Notes: generated by a model not told the origin, from the sequence alone. A DNA stretch of 32,000 nt from Planctomycetales bacterium (GCA_022646745.1 CP060262.1:780001-812000), one strand, 5' to 3'; shown: positions 14,847 to 22,891, counted from the first letter of the stretch. Numbers and translations are program-made.

Positions 14847-16451
14847 TCAGCCCTCTGTGCTCTCAGCCGTGGCCGGTTCCGGGGCACCGAGCACCTTTAG
14901 CTTCAGTTCCCGCGTCTGGCTGTACTTGCCCATGTCATCCACCACCCTGATGTGGATGGTGAAGTCCCCGGGCTTCGGGAAGTCGCGCGCCAGCTGGGGC
15001 ACTTCACTTTGCTCCTCGAAGTTGCCGTCCCCGTTCCAGTCCACTTCCCAGCCGACCACCTTGCCGTCGCGGTCCGTGCTCTTCGAAGCGTCCAGCTTGA
15101 CCGTCATCGGGGCAAAGCCCTGCTCCTCCGCCAGCTTCGCGACCGCCACCGGCGGGGCGTTCATGTTCACGAGGAAGTCATGCACCTTCTGCACGTCGGA
15201 GGGTGCAACGTATTCATCGCTGGTATGCAGGTGCTGGTTCTCCGCGCTGACACCGGGCAGGTTGCGCTCATGCCCGGGCTCACGCGCCCAGTAGCTCTGC
15301 AGGCTCATGCTCTCCATCTCGTCAAGGTTGTAGTCCTCCGCGTGCTGGGCCAGGGCCAGCAGCTGGTCCACGCTCAGGCTGGTCTTGACGCTTTCTGAGA
15401 ACAGCCGGGTGAGCTGGGGCAGCTTCGGTATCATCTGCGGGCTGGCCATCTTCTTCAGCACGAGCTTGATCACCTTCTGCTGGCGCTGCATGCGGCCCTT
15501 GTCGGCCATTGCATCATGGCGGAAGCGCGAGTACTGCATCACCTGCTCACCATTGAGATGCTGCAGGCCCTTCTTCAGGTTGATGTGCAGGCCTGCGGCA
15601 CGGTCGGTGTACTTCATGTCCTTCTCGACATCGACCTCCAGGCCCCCGAGAGCGTCGATCAGCTCCACGAAACCGTCGAATTCGATCACGACATAGTGGT
15701 CAAATTCGATGTCGAGCAGCTTCGCAATTGATTCCGTGGAGCGGTTGATTCCACCTTCGGTGAGATCCTGCTTGGCCTTGGCGTTCTGCATCTGCCCAAA
15801 GGCATATGTATGCCCTAGTTTGTCATAGCCGTGGCTCTTGCCTTCCTGGAAGTGCTGCACCCAGCCGTCCCGCGGCAGGCTGGCCAGGCGGATCTGCTTC
15901 TTGTCGAAGTCCGTGCTGGCGATCAGGATGCTGTCGCAGCGGTGGATAAGGCCGGGGTCCTTCTTTGTGGTCGGTGTATGGTCCAGGCCGAGCATCAGGA
16001 TGTTGATCCGCTCCTTGCCGTTGAAGCTCTCGGTCAGGGAAGCCTTCGGGCTGACGATGTTGCGTGCCAGCTTCACGCCCTGCTCCCAGCGGGTGTGGGT
16101 CTCGCCCGTGACCTGGTTTTCGATCGGCACCGTGAACCAGTTCCAGGTGAAGATGGCGGCCACTACCGCCAGGAAGATCGCGGGATAGAGCAGGCTGCTG
16201 CGCATCTGCAGCGGCTTGCGCTTCAGCTTGCGTCTGCTGCCACGGACTATGTTGCGGCTGAGCTTCGGGGACTGGGGAATATATGGAACGTATGGCTGTT
16301 CCGCAAGCGGCTCAACGGCGGGCTCAGCCTTGGCGGGAGCAGGTGCGCCGTTGGAGGCGGCAGCAACCGCATGCTGCGCATCGGCATGGCCGTTGTGTCC
16401 GGCTAGTTCAGTTCCCGGCTGGCCATCCGCTTCCTCAAGCTGGTCCAGCAT
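14847..16451 (-). CDS. LCP (LytR-CpsA-Psr) family protein with an N-terminal TM anchor and a C-terminal PKD-like domain
   Basis: The TM helix is LLYPAIFLAVVAAIFTWNWF. The LCP core is INILMLGLDH ... RCDSILIAS ... IRLASLPRD ... FDHYVVIEFDGFVELIDALGGLEVDV ... GLQHLNGEQVMQYSRFRH ... GRMQRQQKV. The C-terminus VKLDASKSTDRDGKVVGWEVDWNGDGNFEE ... GDFTIHIRVVDDMG is PKD-like. The start is ATG 16451, 10 nt after the yqeK stop; the alternative at 16502 would overlap yqeK. Confidence 0.85.
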   Translation of the reverse strand: MLDQLEEADGQPGTELAGHNGHADAQHAVAAASNGAPAPAKAEPAVEPLAEQPYVPYIPQSPKLSRNIVRGSRRKLKRKPLQMRSSLLYPAIFLAVVAAIFTWNWFTVPIENQVTGETHTRWEQGVKLARNIVSPKASLTESFNGKERINILMLGLDHTPTTKKDPGLIHRCDSILIASTDFDKKQIRLASLPRDGWVQHFQEGKSHGYDKLGHTYAFGQMQNAKAKQDLTEGGINRSTESIAKLLDIEFDHYVVIEFDGFVELIDALGGLEVDVEKDMKYTDRAAGLHINLKKGLQHLNGEQVMQYSRFRHDAMADKGRMQRQQKVIKLVLKKMASPQMIPKLPQLTRLFSESVKTSLSVDQLLALAQHAEDYNLDEMESMSLQSYWAREPGHERNLPGVSAENQHLHTSDEYVAPSDVQKVHDFLVNMNAPPVAVAKLAEEQGFAPMTVKLDASKSTDRDGKVVGWEVDWNGDGNFEEQSEVPQLARDFPKPGDFTIHIRVVDDMGKYSQTRELKLKVLGAPEPATAESTEG

Positions 16452-16461
16452 CCTGTTGTCA

Positions 16462-17073
16462 TCATCCGTCAATTCGTTCTTCCCGCAGTAACCGGCGCGC
16501 ATGCTCCCGGTATTCGTTGTAAAGGGCCACCGTATTAGATTCGATCATCAGGCCGCGTTCGATAATACTGCGCAGCTTTCCACTGGCAACTGCGAACACC
16601 GCGGCGTCGAGGTCCTGCCGGGAGATCTCCCGCACTTCCTCCACGCCAGGGAAGCTGCGGTCAGCACTGGTGTAGTCCGCCACGTAGAGCAGCTTCGAGA
16701 GCAGCCCCATCCCCGGGCGGCCGGTCACATGGTCACAGACCGCCTGCTCCACCTCAGGGTCATCAATCCCGAAGCGGCGTTTCAGCAACAATGCCCCGAC
16801 CTTGCCGTGCAGCAGCTCAGGGCTGTTTTCCTCCTCAGGGCTGACGGGCAGGCCACGCTCACGGGCGATGGCCAGCTGGTCCGGCACCGGCATCTTCTTG
16901 GCGTTGTCGTGCAGCAAGCCGGCGATTTCCGCCTGGTCCTCCAGCTGCGGAGCATGCAGCTGGGCCAGGCGCACGCAGGCAGTCGCAACCTTCACGCTGT
17001 GGTCATGGCGCTTGGCTCCCATGAAGTCCTTCAGCAGGTTCGTCAGGCGTTCGCGTTCGCTGTGGTCCAGCAC
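16462..17073 (-). CDS. yqeK: HD-domain protein YqeK (bis(5'-nucleosyl)-tetraphosphatase family)
   Basis: GTG start at 17073. HSVKVATACVRLA ... IAGLLHDNAKK ... LLHGKVGALLL ... AVCDHVTGRPGMGLLSKLLYVADYTSADR follows the H..HD..H..D layout typical of YqeK. It sits in the classic yqeK-rsfS neighbourhood. Confidence 0.85.
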   Translation of the reverse strand: MLDHSERERLTNLLKDFMGAKRHDHSVKVATACVRLAQLHAPQLEDQAEIAGLLHDNAKKMPVPDQLAIARERGLPVSPEEENSPELLHGKVGALLLKRRFGIDDPEVEQAVCDHVTGRPGMGLLSKLLYVADYTSADRSFPGVEEVREISRQDLDAAVFAVASGKLRSIIERGLMIESNTVALYNEYREHARRLLREERIDG

Positions 17074-17105
17074 GGCGCAGATTATATCCGCGCCGGAAGC
17101 ATGCG

Positions 17106-17816
17106 TCAGGCTGGCGGGCGGCGGAAAACGGTGACGTAGCGTACCCGCGGCGGGTCCTCCCCATCGCTTAGCAGCTCAAAGCGCTCATTCTCAAGCCCGT
17201 GGTCGGCAGTGAGCATGTCCAGCTCGCTGCGGCACAGCGCCCAGGGCGGGCCCTCAATGCGCTCGCCCTCCTCGCGCACCCGGCAGATCACCACCAGCCT
17301 GCCGCCGGGGGCCAGCATGCCGGCCAGCGGGGCGAACATCCGCAGGCGCAGGGCATCCGGCACGGCCTGCAGGGTGTTGATTTCCACCACGAGGCCAAAG
17401 CGGCCATGCATTTCAGCAGGCAGGTGCAGCAGGTCAGCCGCGCGATAGTCCACCGGGCTGTCTGGCCAGCGCTCATGGCACCAGTTGATGGCGGTCTCGG
17501 ACAGGTCGAAAGCCGTCACGCTGAGGCCCCGGCGGGCCAATTCCTCCGCATCGTCCCCCAGGCCGCAGCCGACCACCACCGCAGGCCCATCCGGCTTGGG
17601 CAGGTGTGCATCCAGCAGCTGCAGAAGCAGCGGACTGGGCTGCAGGTCAGCCCAGGGCACGAAGGAAGGGTCTCCTTCGGCCTGGCGGTACAACTCCTCG
17701 AACCAGCCCTGGCTGTCGCCGCGTGCCATGAATTCACGTGCCAGTTCCTGTGAACTGCGCCTGTCCTTTCCATCCATGCCGGGATTATATGCCTGGCTCG
17801 CTCGATTGAACCCCAT
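17106..17816 (-). CDS. Class I SAM-dependent methyltransferase (TPMT-like)
   Basis: ATG at 17816 with an AGGA SD 6 nt upstream. SAM motif I is AVVVGCGLGDDAEELARRG, followed by the acidic post-I FDLSE. Also present are VVEINTLQAV and PGGRLVVI. Confidence 0.8.
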   Translation of the reverse strand: MGFNRASQAYNPGMDGKDRRSSQELAREFMARGDSQGWFEELYRQAEGDPSFVPWADLQPSPLLLQLLDAHLPKPDGPAVVVGCGLGDDAEELARRGLSVTAFDLSETAINWCHERWPDSPVDYRAADLLHLPAEMHGRFGLVVEINTLQAVPDALRLRMFAPLAGMLAPGGRLVVICRVREEGERIEGPPWALCRSELDMLTADHGLENERFELLSDGEDPPRVRYVTVFRRPPA

Positions 17817-17885
17817 AGCCGATCCTGCTGTCTGGGGAAATGAGGGTCCGGTTTTGCCAAAGTGTCGTTATAATTCCTCACTTCA

Positions 17886-18905
17886 ATGAAGCGAGTACCG
17901 CTTTTCGAGCTGCTGCTGCTGGCCTGCCTGATATTGCTGCCCCAGTCCGCGTATGCGGATGCACTCAATGACGAACAGGTGGCGATCGCCGCCGAACGCA
18001 ACGGTGACAAGGACAGCGCACTCAAGCTTTACCAGTCAGCCTTTGATGGCTACAGCGATGACGAACAGTTTGCAGAAGCCGCCCGAGTGGCCCAGTCGCT
18101 GATGCTGCTGCAGATCAGCCTCGGGATGATCGGCGAAGCTGTCGACTCCAGCGCCAGGGCCCGCCACATGCTGGTGCAGGCCGGGCGCAGCTCGCAGGCC
18201 GCACAGCTTGCCAACCAGCTCGCCAGCCTGCTCAAGGCGCGTAGCGAGTACAAGCTGGCTGAGGAAAGTTACCTTGCGGCGCTGGACATCTACACGCAGG
18301 ATGGCAACCGCGTCAGCATGGCCGGGACGCTGATGAGCCTCGGGGTGCTGGCGGAACTGCAGGAGCAGCCGCTGCGCAGTGCAGAGTACTACGAGCAGGC
18401 CGGCGACGTGTTCCTCGCCCTGAGCGACGAGCGCGGCCTGATGCACAGCTACGGCAGTGCTGGCAATGCACGGCTGGCGGCCAGTGATGACGTTGGCGCG
18501 GAGCAGGCCTTCCGCCAGGCGCTGTTCCTCTGCGAGAAGCTTGACGACCCGCTGGTCTGCGTGGACCTTGAGCTCGGCCTCAGTGCTGCACTGCGTGGGA
18601 TGGAGCGCTTGAAGGAAGCGCTGGACAGCACCGACAGCTGCCTCGGGATGCTGGCGCAGTCCCCCGACCGCTTCCTGCAGGCCCGCACCATGCTTGAACG
18701 GGGACGGATCCTCGGCCTGCAGGATGACAGGGCAGCGGCGCTGGACGCGATGGTGCAGGCCTGGGAGCTGTTTGGCAAGGATGGCCGGATGGAACAGCAG
18801 GCGGCGATGGCAACGGAGCTGATCGAGGCCGCCCAACAGGCAGGCCGCAACGACCTGGTGCAGCGCTACCGCCAGCTCCGCAGCGAACTCAACGTCTCAT
18901 CCTGA
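17886..18905 (+). CDS. Secreted TPR-like helical-repeat protein
   Basis: The signal peptide is MKRVPLFELLLLACLILLPQSAYA. It is followed by repeated helix-pair units of about 40 aa (A..Y..AL..Y, G..L..LG pattern). The 3' end overlaps convergent rodA by 17 nt. Confidence 0.7.
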   Translation: MKRVPLFELLLLACLILLPQSAYADALNDEQVAIAAERNGDKDSALKLYQSAFDGYSDDEQFAEAARVAQSLMLLQISLGMIGEAVDSSARARHMLVQAGRSSQAAQLANQLASLLKARSEYKLAEESYLAALDIYTQDGNRVSMAGTLMSLGVLAELQEQPLRSAEYYEQAGDVFLALSDERGLMHSYGSAGNARLAASDDVGAEQAFRQALFLCEKLDDPLVCVDLELGLSAALRGMERLKEALDSTDSCLGMLAQSPDRFLQARTMLERGRILGLQDDRAAALDAMVQAWELFGKDGRMEQQAAMATELIEAAQQAGRNDLVQRYRQLRSELNVSS

Positions 18906-20007
18906 GCGCGCGGAAGTCGCGCCGGCTGTTGAAGTACAGCGACTGGATGATGGCGAGCACCAGCCACATCGTCATCAGTGACGATCCCCCCTGCGAGATG
19001 AATGGCAGCGGCAGGCCGGTCACCGGGGTAAGCCGGATCGTCATTCCGGCGGCCACGAACACGTGGAAGAAGAAGAACGCGCTGGCCCCGTAGCAGATGT
19101 AGCGCTCGTAGTTGCTCTGCACGTCCCGTGAGATTGCCAGGATGCGCGCGATCAGGAAGAAGTACATCGTCAGCACGTACAGGCAGCCGAGGAAGCCGTA
19201 CTCCTCGGCGATCAGCGCGAAGATGAAGTCGCTTTCTATCACCGGGATGAAGCCGCCCCGGGTCTGGGTGCCGCGCAGGAAGCCCTTGCCGGTCAGCCCG
19301 CCGCTGCCGACGGCGATCTCGCTCTGGTTGATCTGGTAGCCAATGCCCTGCGGGTCGGCCTTGGGGTCGAGGAAGGCGCGGATGCGGTCCTTCTGGTGCG
19401 GGTAGAACAGGAACTGCCAGGCGAAGATGCCCATCAGCACGAAGCCGACGAGCGTTGCCAGGATCAGGCGGCGGCGCACCGGGGTGAACAGCGCCATCAC
19501 GAAGAACACGGCGACGAACACCATCGCCGTGCCGAGGTCCGGCTGCAGCAGCACAAGTGCCAGCAGTGACATCAGCACACCCAGTGCAGTAAGGTAGGCC
19601 CGGTCTGCGCGCAGCCCCTCACGTGAGAACAGCCAGGCGAGGATCAGGATGAAGGCCAGCTTGGCGAACTCCGAGGGCTGGATGTCAACGGGACCGATGG
19701 AGATCCAGCGGTTGGCACCCATGCCGTGGCTGGCACCGATCAGAAGCACGAGCACGAGTGCGGCGGCGACCGGCACATAGAACCACAGCCAGCTTTCCGG
19801 GCGCAGTCCCCAATTCACGCGGCGCACGAAGTGGTGCACGACGAGCGCGATCACCAGCCAGACGATCTGCTTGATCTCGACGATGGAGAAGAACACGCCG
19901 GGGGTGTCGCCGGCTTCCCAGGTCGCGCTGTACACGTAGACCAGCCCCGAGATGGACAGGGCCAGACCAAGCAGGAACAGGACCCAGTCGAAGCTCAGGC
20001 TGCGCAC
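18889..20007 (-). CDS. rodA: SEDS-family peptidoglycan glycosyltransferase RodA (FtsW/RodA/SpoVE family)
   Basis: GTG start at 20007. Family motifs are IQPSEFAKLAFILILAW, LLQPDLGTAMVF, GYQINQSEIAVGSGGLTGKGF, ESDFIFALIAEEYGF and GLPLPFISQGGSS. It could equally be called ftsW, but there is no division-cluster context. Confidence 0.88.
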   Translation of the reverse strand: MRSLSFDWVLFLLGLALSISGLVYVYSATWEAGDTPGVFFSIVEIKQIVWLVIALVVHHFVRRVNWGLRPESWLWFYVPVAAALVLVLLIGASHGMGANRWISIGPVDIQPSEFAKLAFILILAWLFSREGLRADRAYLTALGVLMSLLALVLLQPDLGTAMVFVAVFFVMALFTPVRRRLILATLVGFVLMGIFAWQFLFYPHQKDRIRAFLDPKADPQGIGYQINQSEIAVGSGGLTGKGFLRGTQTRGGFIPVIESDFIFALIAEEYGFLGCLYVLTMYFFLIARILAISRDVQSNYERYICYGASAFFFFHVFVAAGMTIRLTPVTGLPLPFISQGGSSLMTMWLVLAIIQSLYFNSRRDFRALRMRR

Positions 20008-20033
20008 GGGGAGATTATAGAGGGATATAGGAG

Positions 20034-20159
20034 GTCAGGTGAAAACCTGACAGGGGATGGGGACAGGGAGGATCTGGGAGTCCCGCCAAAGGCGGGATTG
20101 TAGGGAGTAGCGGATTGTAGCTCTTAGAGCTACTTGGACTTGTCGGTCTAAGACCGACA
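20034..20159. repeat. Cluster of four perfect short hairpins plus a 9-nt direct repeat in the rodA-oxidoreductase intergenic region
   Basis: The hairpins are GTCAGGT gaaa ACCTGAC (20034-20051), TCCCGCC aaa GGCGGGA (20081-20097), GTAGCTC tta GAGCTAC (20117-20133) and TGTCGGTC taa GACCGACA (20141-20159). GGATTGTAG occurs at 20095-20103 and again at 20112-20120. Confidence 0.7.
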
Positions 20160-20330
20160 CTCCTATCAGCTTTCGCCTACTGTCCACTGCTTCTTACCCT
20201 TCTGCCTTCTACCTTCCGTCCACCATTCCATTGTGCGCAAGCAAGTTCCGCACTTCCGCTTTCTGCCCATCCCGCATCCCGCATCCCACGAAAGCGAGCC
20301 AACGGCTCTCGCTCCTTCTATAATCCCCGC

Positions 20331-21476
20331 GTGGGGCTTCCCGATGCTCAGATAGTGATTGCCGGCGGCGGGCCGGCCGGATCCATGTCCGCGGGCCTCT
20401 TGGCGCGCGCTGGCTTTGATGTGCTGCTGCTCGAATCCGGCGGGCCTGACAACGATGTGCTGTGCAGCGGTTTGCTCAACCCGGAGGCGCAGGCCGCGCT
20501 CGGCGTGAGCCCGCCGGCGCATGTGCTGCGCGATCCACTGGCTCCGCTGCTGCAGTACCACGACCGTGACAACTGCGTGAGACTTGAATACGACCCGCGC
20601 TATGTCAACACCAGCCGCCCGGCCTTTGATGCCTGGCTGCGTGAAGAGGCCCAGGCGCAGGGCGTGAAGATCCATTACGAGACCCGGGCGAAGCGCATCA
20701 GCCATGACGAGCGCGGCATCAGCCTGGCAACGAGTGCCGGCGAACTGTCCTGCCGCGTGCTGCTGGACTGCACCGGCTGGCGCGCGTTGTCAAGGAAGCA
20801 GAGCGAACGCCGGCCGGCCCCGGCCGTGCATGCCTTCCAGGGCACGATCACGGCCGACCTGCCACCCGGCAGCATGTGGGCCATCTTTGACAGCGCACTG
20901 ACGGACTACTACGCCTGGATCGTGCCGAAGGGCGGGCAGCGCTTCCTGCTGGGGGCCGGCTACCTGCAGGCCAGCGAGGTGACCCGCGACCAGGCGGACA
21001 ACCCCTGGGGTAAGCTGACGCGCATGCTGGACTACCTCGATGCGCTCGGCTGTTCAGTCGAGCTGGAGGATGCCAAGCCGCTCGGTTCGCCGATCACCAC
21101 CCCGACGGACATGCGCCAGCTGTGGTGGGGAGAACGCGGCGTGGTCCCGGTTGGCGAGGCCAGCGGGATGGTCAGCCCGTCAAGCGGCGACGGAATCAGC
21201 TTCTGCCTGCAGGGCGGGATCTCCATCGCACAGACACTGACGCAGTTCCGCAGCGAACTGTCCAGCCCTGTAAGTGAGGACCTGCACCGGCGCATCCTGC
21301 GGCGCTACCTGGCCGGGATGGCACCGGCGCTGTCCGAGCTACGCTTCAATATCCTCAAGGCGCGCACCGCCGCCGACCCGCTGTGGCGCAATGCCGCGGT
21401 TCGCCTACTGCCGCTGTTCCTGCGCCGGCCGGTGCAGCACCTCGACTGGGCCGCAGGCCATGCCCGCAGTGCCTGA
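20331..21476 (+). CDS. FAD-dependent oxidoreductase, geranylgeranyl-reductase-like family
   Basis: The dinucleotide fold is IVIAGGGPAGSMSAGLLARAGFDVLLLE. YYAWIVPKGG resembles the GGR Y.W.FPK motif, and VGEASGMVSPSSGDGISFCLQGG resembles the C-terminal FAD motif GDAAG..P..GeGI. The start is GTG at 20331 or GTG at 20355. Confidence 0.8.
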   Translation: MGLPDAQIVIAGGGPAGSMSAGLLARAGFDVLLLESGGPDNDVLCSGLLNPEAQAALGVSPPAHVLRDPLAPLLQYHDRDNCVRLEYDPRYVNTSRPAFDAWLREEAQAQGVKIHYETRAKRISHDERGISLATSAGELSCRVLLDCTGWRALSRKQSERRPAPAVHAFQGTITADLPPGSMWAIFDSALTDYYAWIVPKGGQRFLLGAGYLQASEVTRDQADNPWGKLTRMLDYLDALGCSVELEDAKPLGSPITTPTDMRQLWWGERGVVPVGEASGMVSPSSGDGISFCLQGGISIAQTLTQFRSELSSPVSEDLHRRILRRYLAGMAPALSELRFNILKARTAADPLWRNAAVRLLPLFLRRPVQHLDWAAGHARSA

Positions 21477-21524
21477 AGTTATAATCAGCCTGCTCCGCAG
21501 ATGGGCGGCGCGAGGTGCAAGGAA

Positions 21525-21986
21525 ATGATGATCATCAGGTGGATCACGGGCTTCTTCAAGACCCTGGTCAATCTGTGGGACTGGCAGGAATGGTCCTACT
21601 ACACGAAGACCGGCTTCGACCCGAAGATGCCCGCATCACAGCGCTGGGAGGCATTCGTCAAGGTATCCGACAAGGTGCCTGAGACGGAGGCCGAGGAAGT
21701 GATGCCGGTCAAGAACCGCCGCGTGTTCCTGAAGGACAAGTACGGCCAGGCGGCCGACGAGATGATCTACGGCAGCACCGACGACTACAAGGTTGACGCC
21801 GTGATGGAGCAGTACGAGAAGGAACTGCGCAGCCGCACCGCCGGCAACTTCTACGCCACGATGATTGTCAACCGCAACCTCGACTACTTCCACAACACCC
21901 GCCCGCCGGATGACCCGATGAGCGAAGCGCTTGACGCCGACCGCAAGTACCGCGAGGAACAGGCAAGAAGGAACAGGGAACAGTAA
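21525..21986 (+). CDS. Hypothetical protein
   Basis: ATG at 21525 with a GAGG 9 nt upstream; the ORF-track start is 21501. MMIIRWITGFFKTLVNLWDWQEWSYYTKTGFDPKMPASQRWEAFVKV... is charged and aromatic-rich with no motif I recognise. Its codon bias resembles the neighbours. Confidence 0.6.
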   Translation: MMIIRWITGFFKTLVNLWDWQEWSYYTKTGFDPKMPASQRWEAFVKVSDKVPETEAEEVMPVKNRRVFLKDKYGQAADEMIYGSTDDYKVDAVMEQYEKELRSRTAGNFYATMIVNRNLDYFHNTRPPDDPMSEALDADRKYREEQARRNREQ

Positions 21987-22177
21987 CCCAGGTTGCAGGG
22001 AGCTGGTTGCTGGTTGAAGATCGAAGGCTGAAGGTTACTGGATGCAGTTTTCAGGTGCGGTGCCGTGCTGCGCATTACCAGGCAAGAACACTGAGAAGCG
22101 AAGCTTCACAAATCCCCGCTAAGCTGGTCTTTGCGACCAGCAACCCGAAACCTGTTGTCTGGCCAGCGGCCTGACAA

Positions 22178-22735
22178 CTAGCCCTTCTCGCGCGTGATGC
22201 GGATGCAGTCGTCAATCAGCGCCTCGACGAAGTCCTGCAGCAGGTTGCCAACCAGCTCCGGCTTGAAGTCTTCCCCCTCGTCAATCCGCAGGGTGCTGCG
22301 TGACAGGGTGGCCGTCAACCTGCGCAGGCGGCCGTCGCGGTCCTCGCTGCACTTCAGCGCGGCTCGCAGGCGCGGTTCGGTGTGCGTGGCCGACAGCGTG
22401 ATGATGAAGTAGCGGTTGAAGGTGCCGACGCCGATGATGGCAACGCCGACCTGCGCCTCCCAGTCGCTGCGCTCCAGTTTCGGCAGGCGGTCCAGCTCAC
22501 GAATGTAGCCGGCGATGCTGGACGGCGGCTGCTCAAGCAGGATCACGGTGTCCAGCCCGCGGGCCTCGGTCAGGCGCTGGTAATGCGCCACGGCATTCTC
22601 CACCGCCTCATCCAGCAGCGGTATCACCTGGGTCTCCATGAAGCCGATGCGCTCGCGCAGCTGGGCTGCCGCCTGCTGCTTCTTCGCACGCGCCGCCTTG
22701 ACCTCCTGCGCCAGCCTGTCCAGTTCGCTGCCCAT
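22178..22735 (-). CDS. Hypothetical protein (N-terminal coiled-coil-like helix, then an alpha/beta region), divergent from the TetR gene
   Basis: MGSELDRLAQEVKAARAKKQQAAAQLRERIGFMETQ... The start is uncertain, with ATGs at 22735, 22765 and 22831. I prefer 22735 because the longer versions run through the palindromic operator-like region and add a Cys/Phe-rich, atypical N-terminus. Confidence 0.55.
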   Translation of the reverse strand: MGSELDRLAQEVKAARAKKQQAAAQLRERIGFMETQVIPLLDEAVENAVAHYQRLTEARGLDTVILLEQPPSSIAGYIRELDRLPKLERSDWEAQVGVAIIGVGTFNRYFIITLSATHTEPRLRAALKCSEDRDGRLRRLTATLSRSTLRIDEGEDFKPELVGNLLQDFVEALIDDCIRITREKG

Positions 22736-22763
22736 GGAGCAATTATAGAAGGAGCAATCAGCC

Positions 22764-22856
22764 ATGAAGAGTGAGCATTGAGTCAATTGAAAGGCGAGAT
22801 AACCTAAGGGCAGGTTAGGCTCATTGCTCATCTCTCACTCTTCATTGCTCAATTGA
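22764..22856. promoter_or_regulatory. Candidate TetR operator region: nested inverted repeats and two copies of the palindrome TCAATTGA
   Basis: ATGAAGAGTGAG (22764-22775) pairs with CTCACTCTTCAT (22834-22845) as a perfect 12-bp inverted repeat. An inner hairpin is TAACCT aagggc AGGTTA (22800-22817). TCAATTGAAA occurs at 22783-22792 and 22849-22858. The region lies between divergent genes, as is typical for TetR-family operators. Confidence 0.35.
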
Positions 22857-22891
22857 AACAGATCTGCGCCCTTGGGGATAATGTACTGGAT

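Noticed and set aside
17869-17874. Perfect TATAAT 11 nt upstream of the TPR-protein ATG (17886)
   Set aside because: There is no acceptable -35 element at 16-18 nt. The element would imply an almost leaderless mRNA, so the evidence is insufficient.
18036-18836. 266-aa minus-strand ORF; also 18449-18850 and 18580-18813
   Set aside because: These are antisense shadows of the secreted TPR-protein gene.
20166-20705. 179-aa minus-strand ORF spanning the intergenic region and the oxidoreductase 5' end
   Set aside because: It overlaps the FAD-binding N-terminus of the plus-strand gene in antisense and runs through the pyrimidine-rich spacer. It has no SD or motif.
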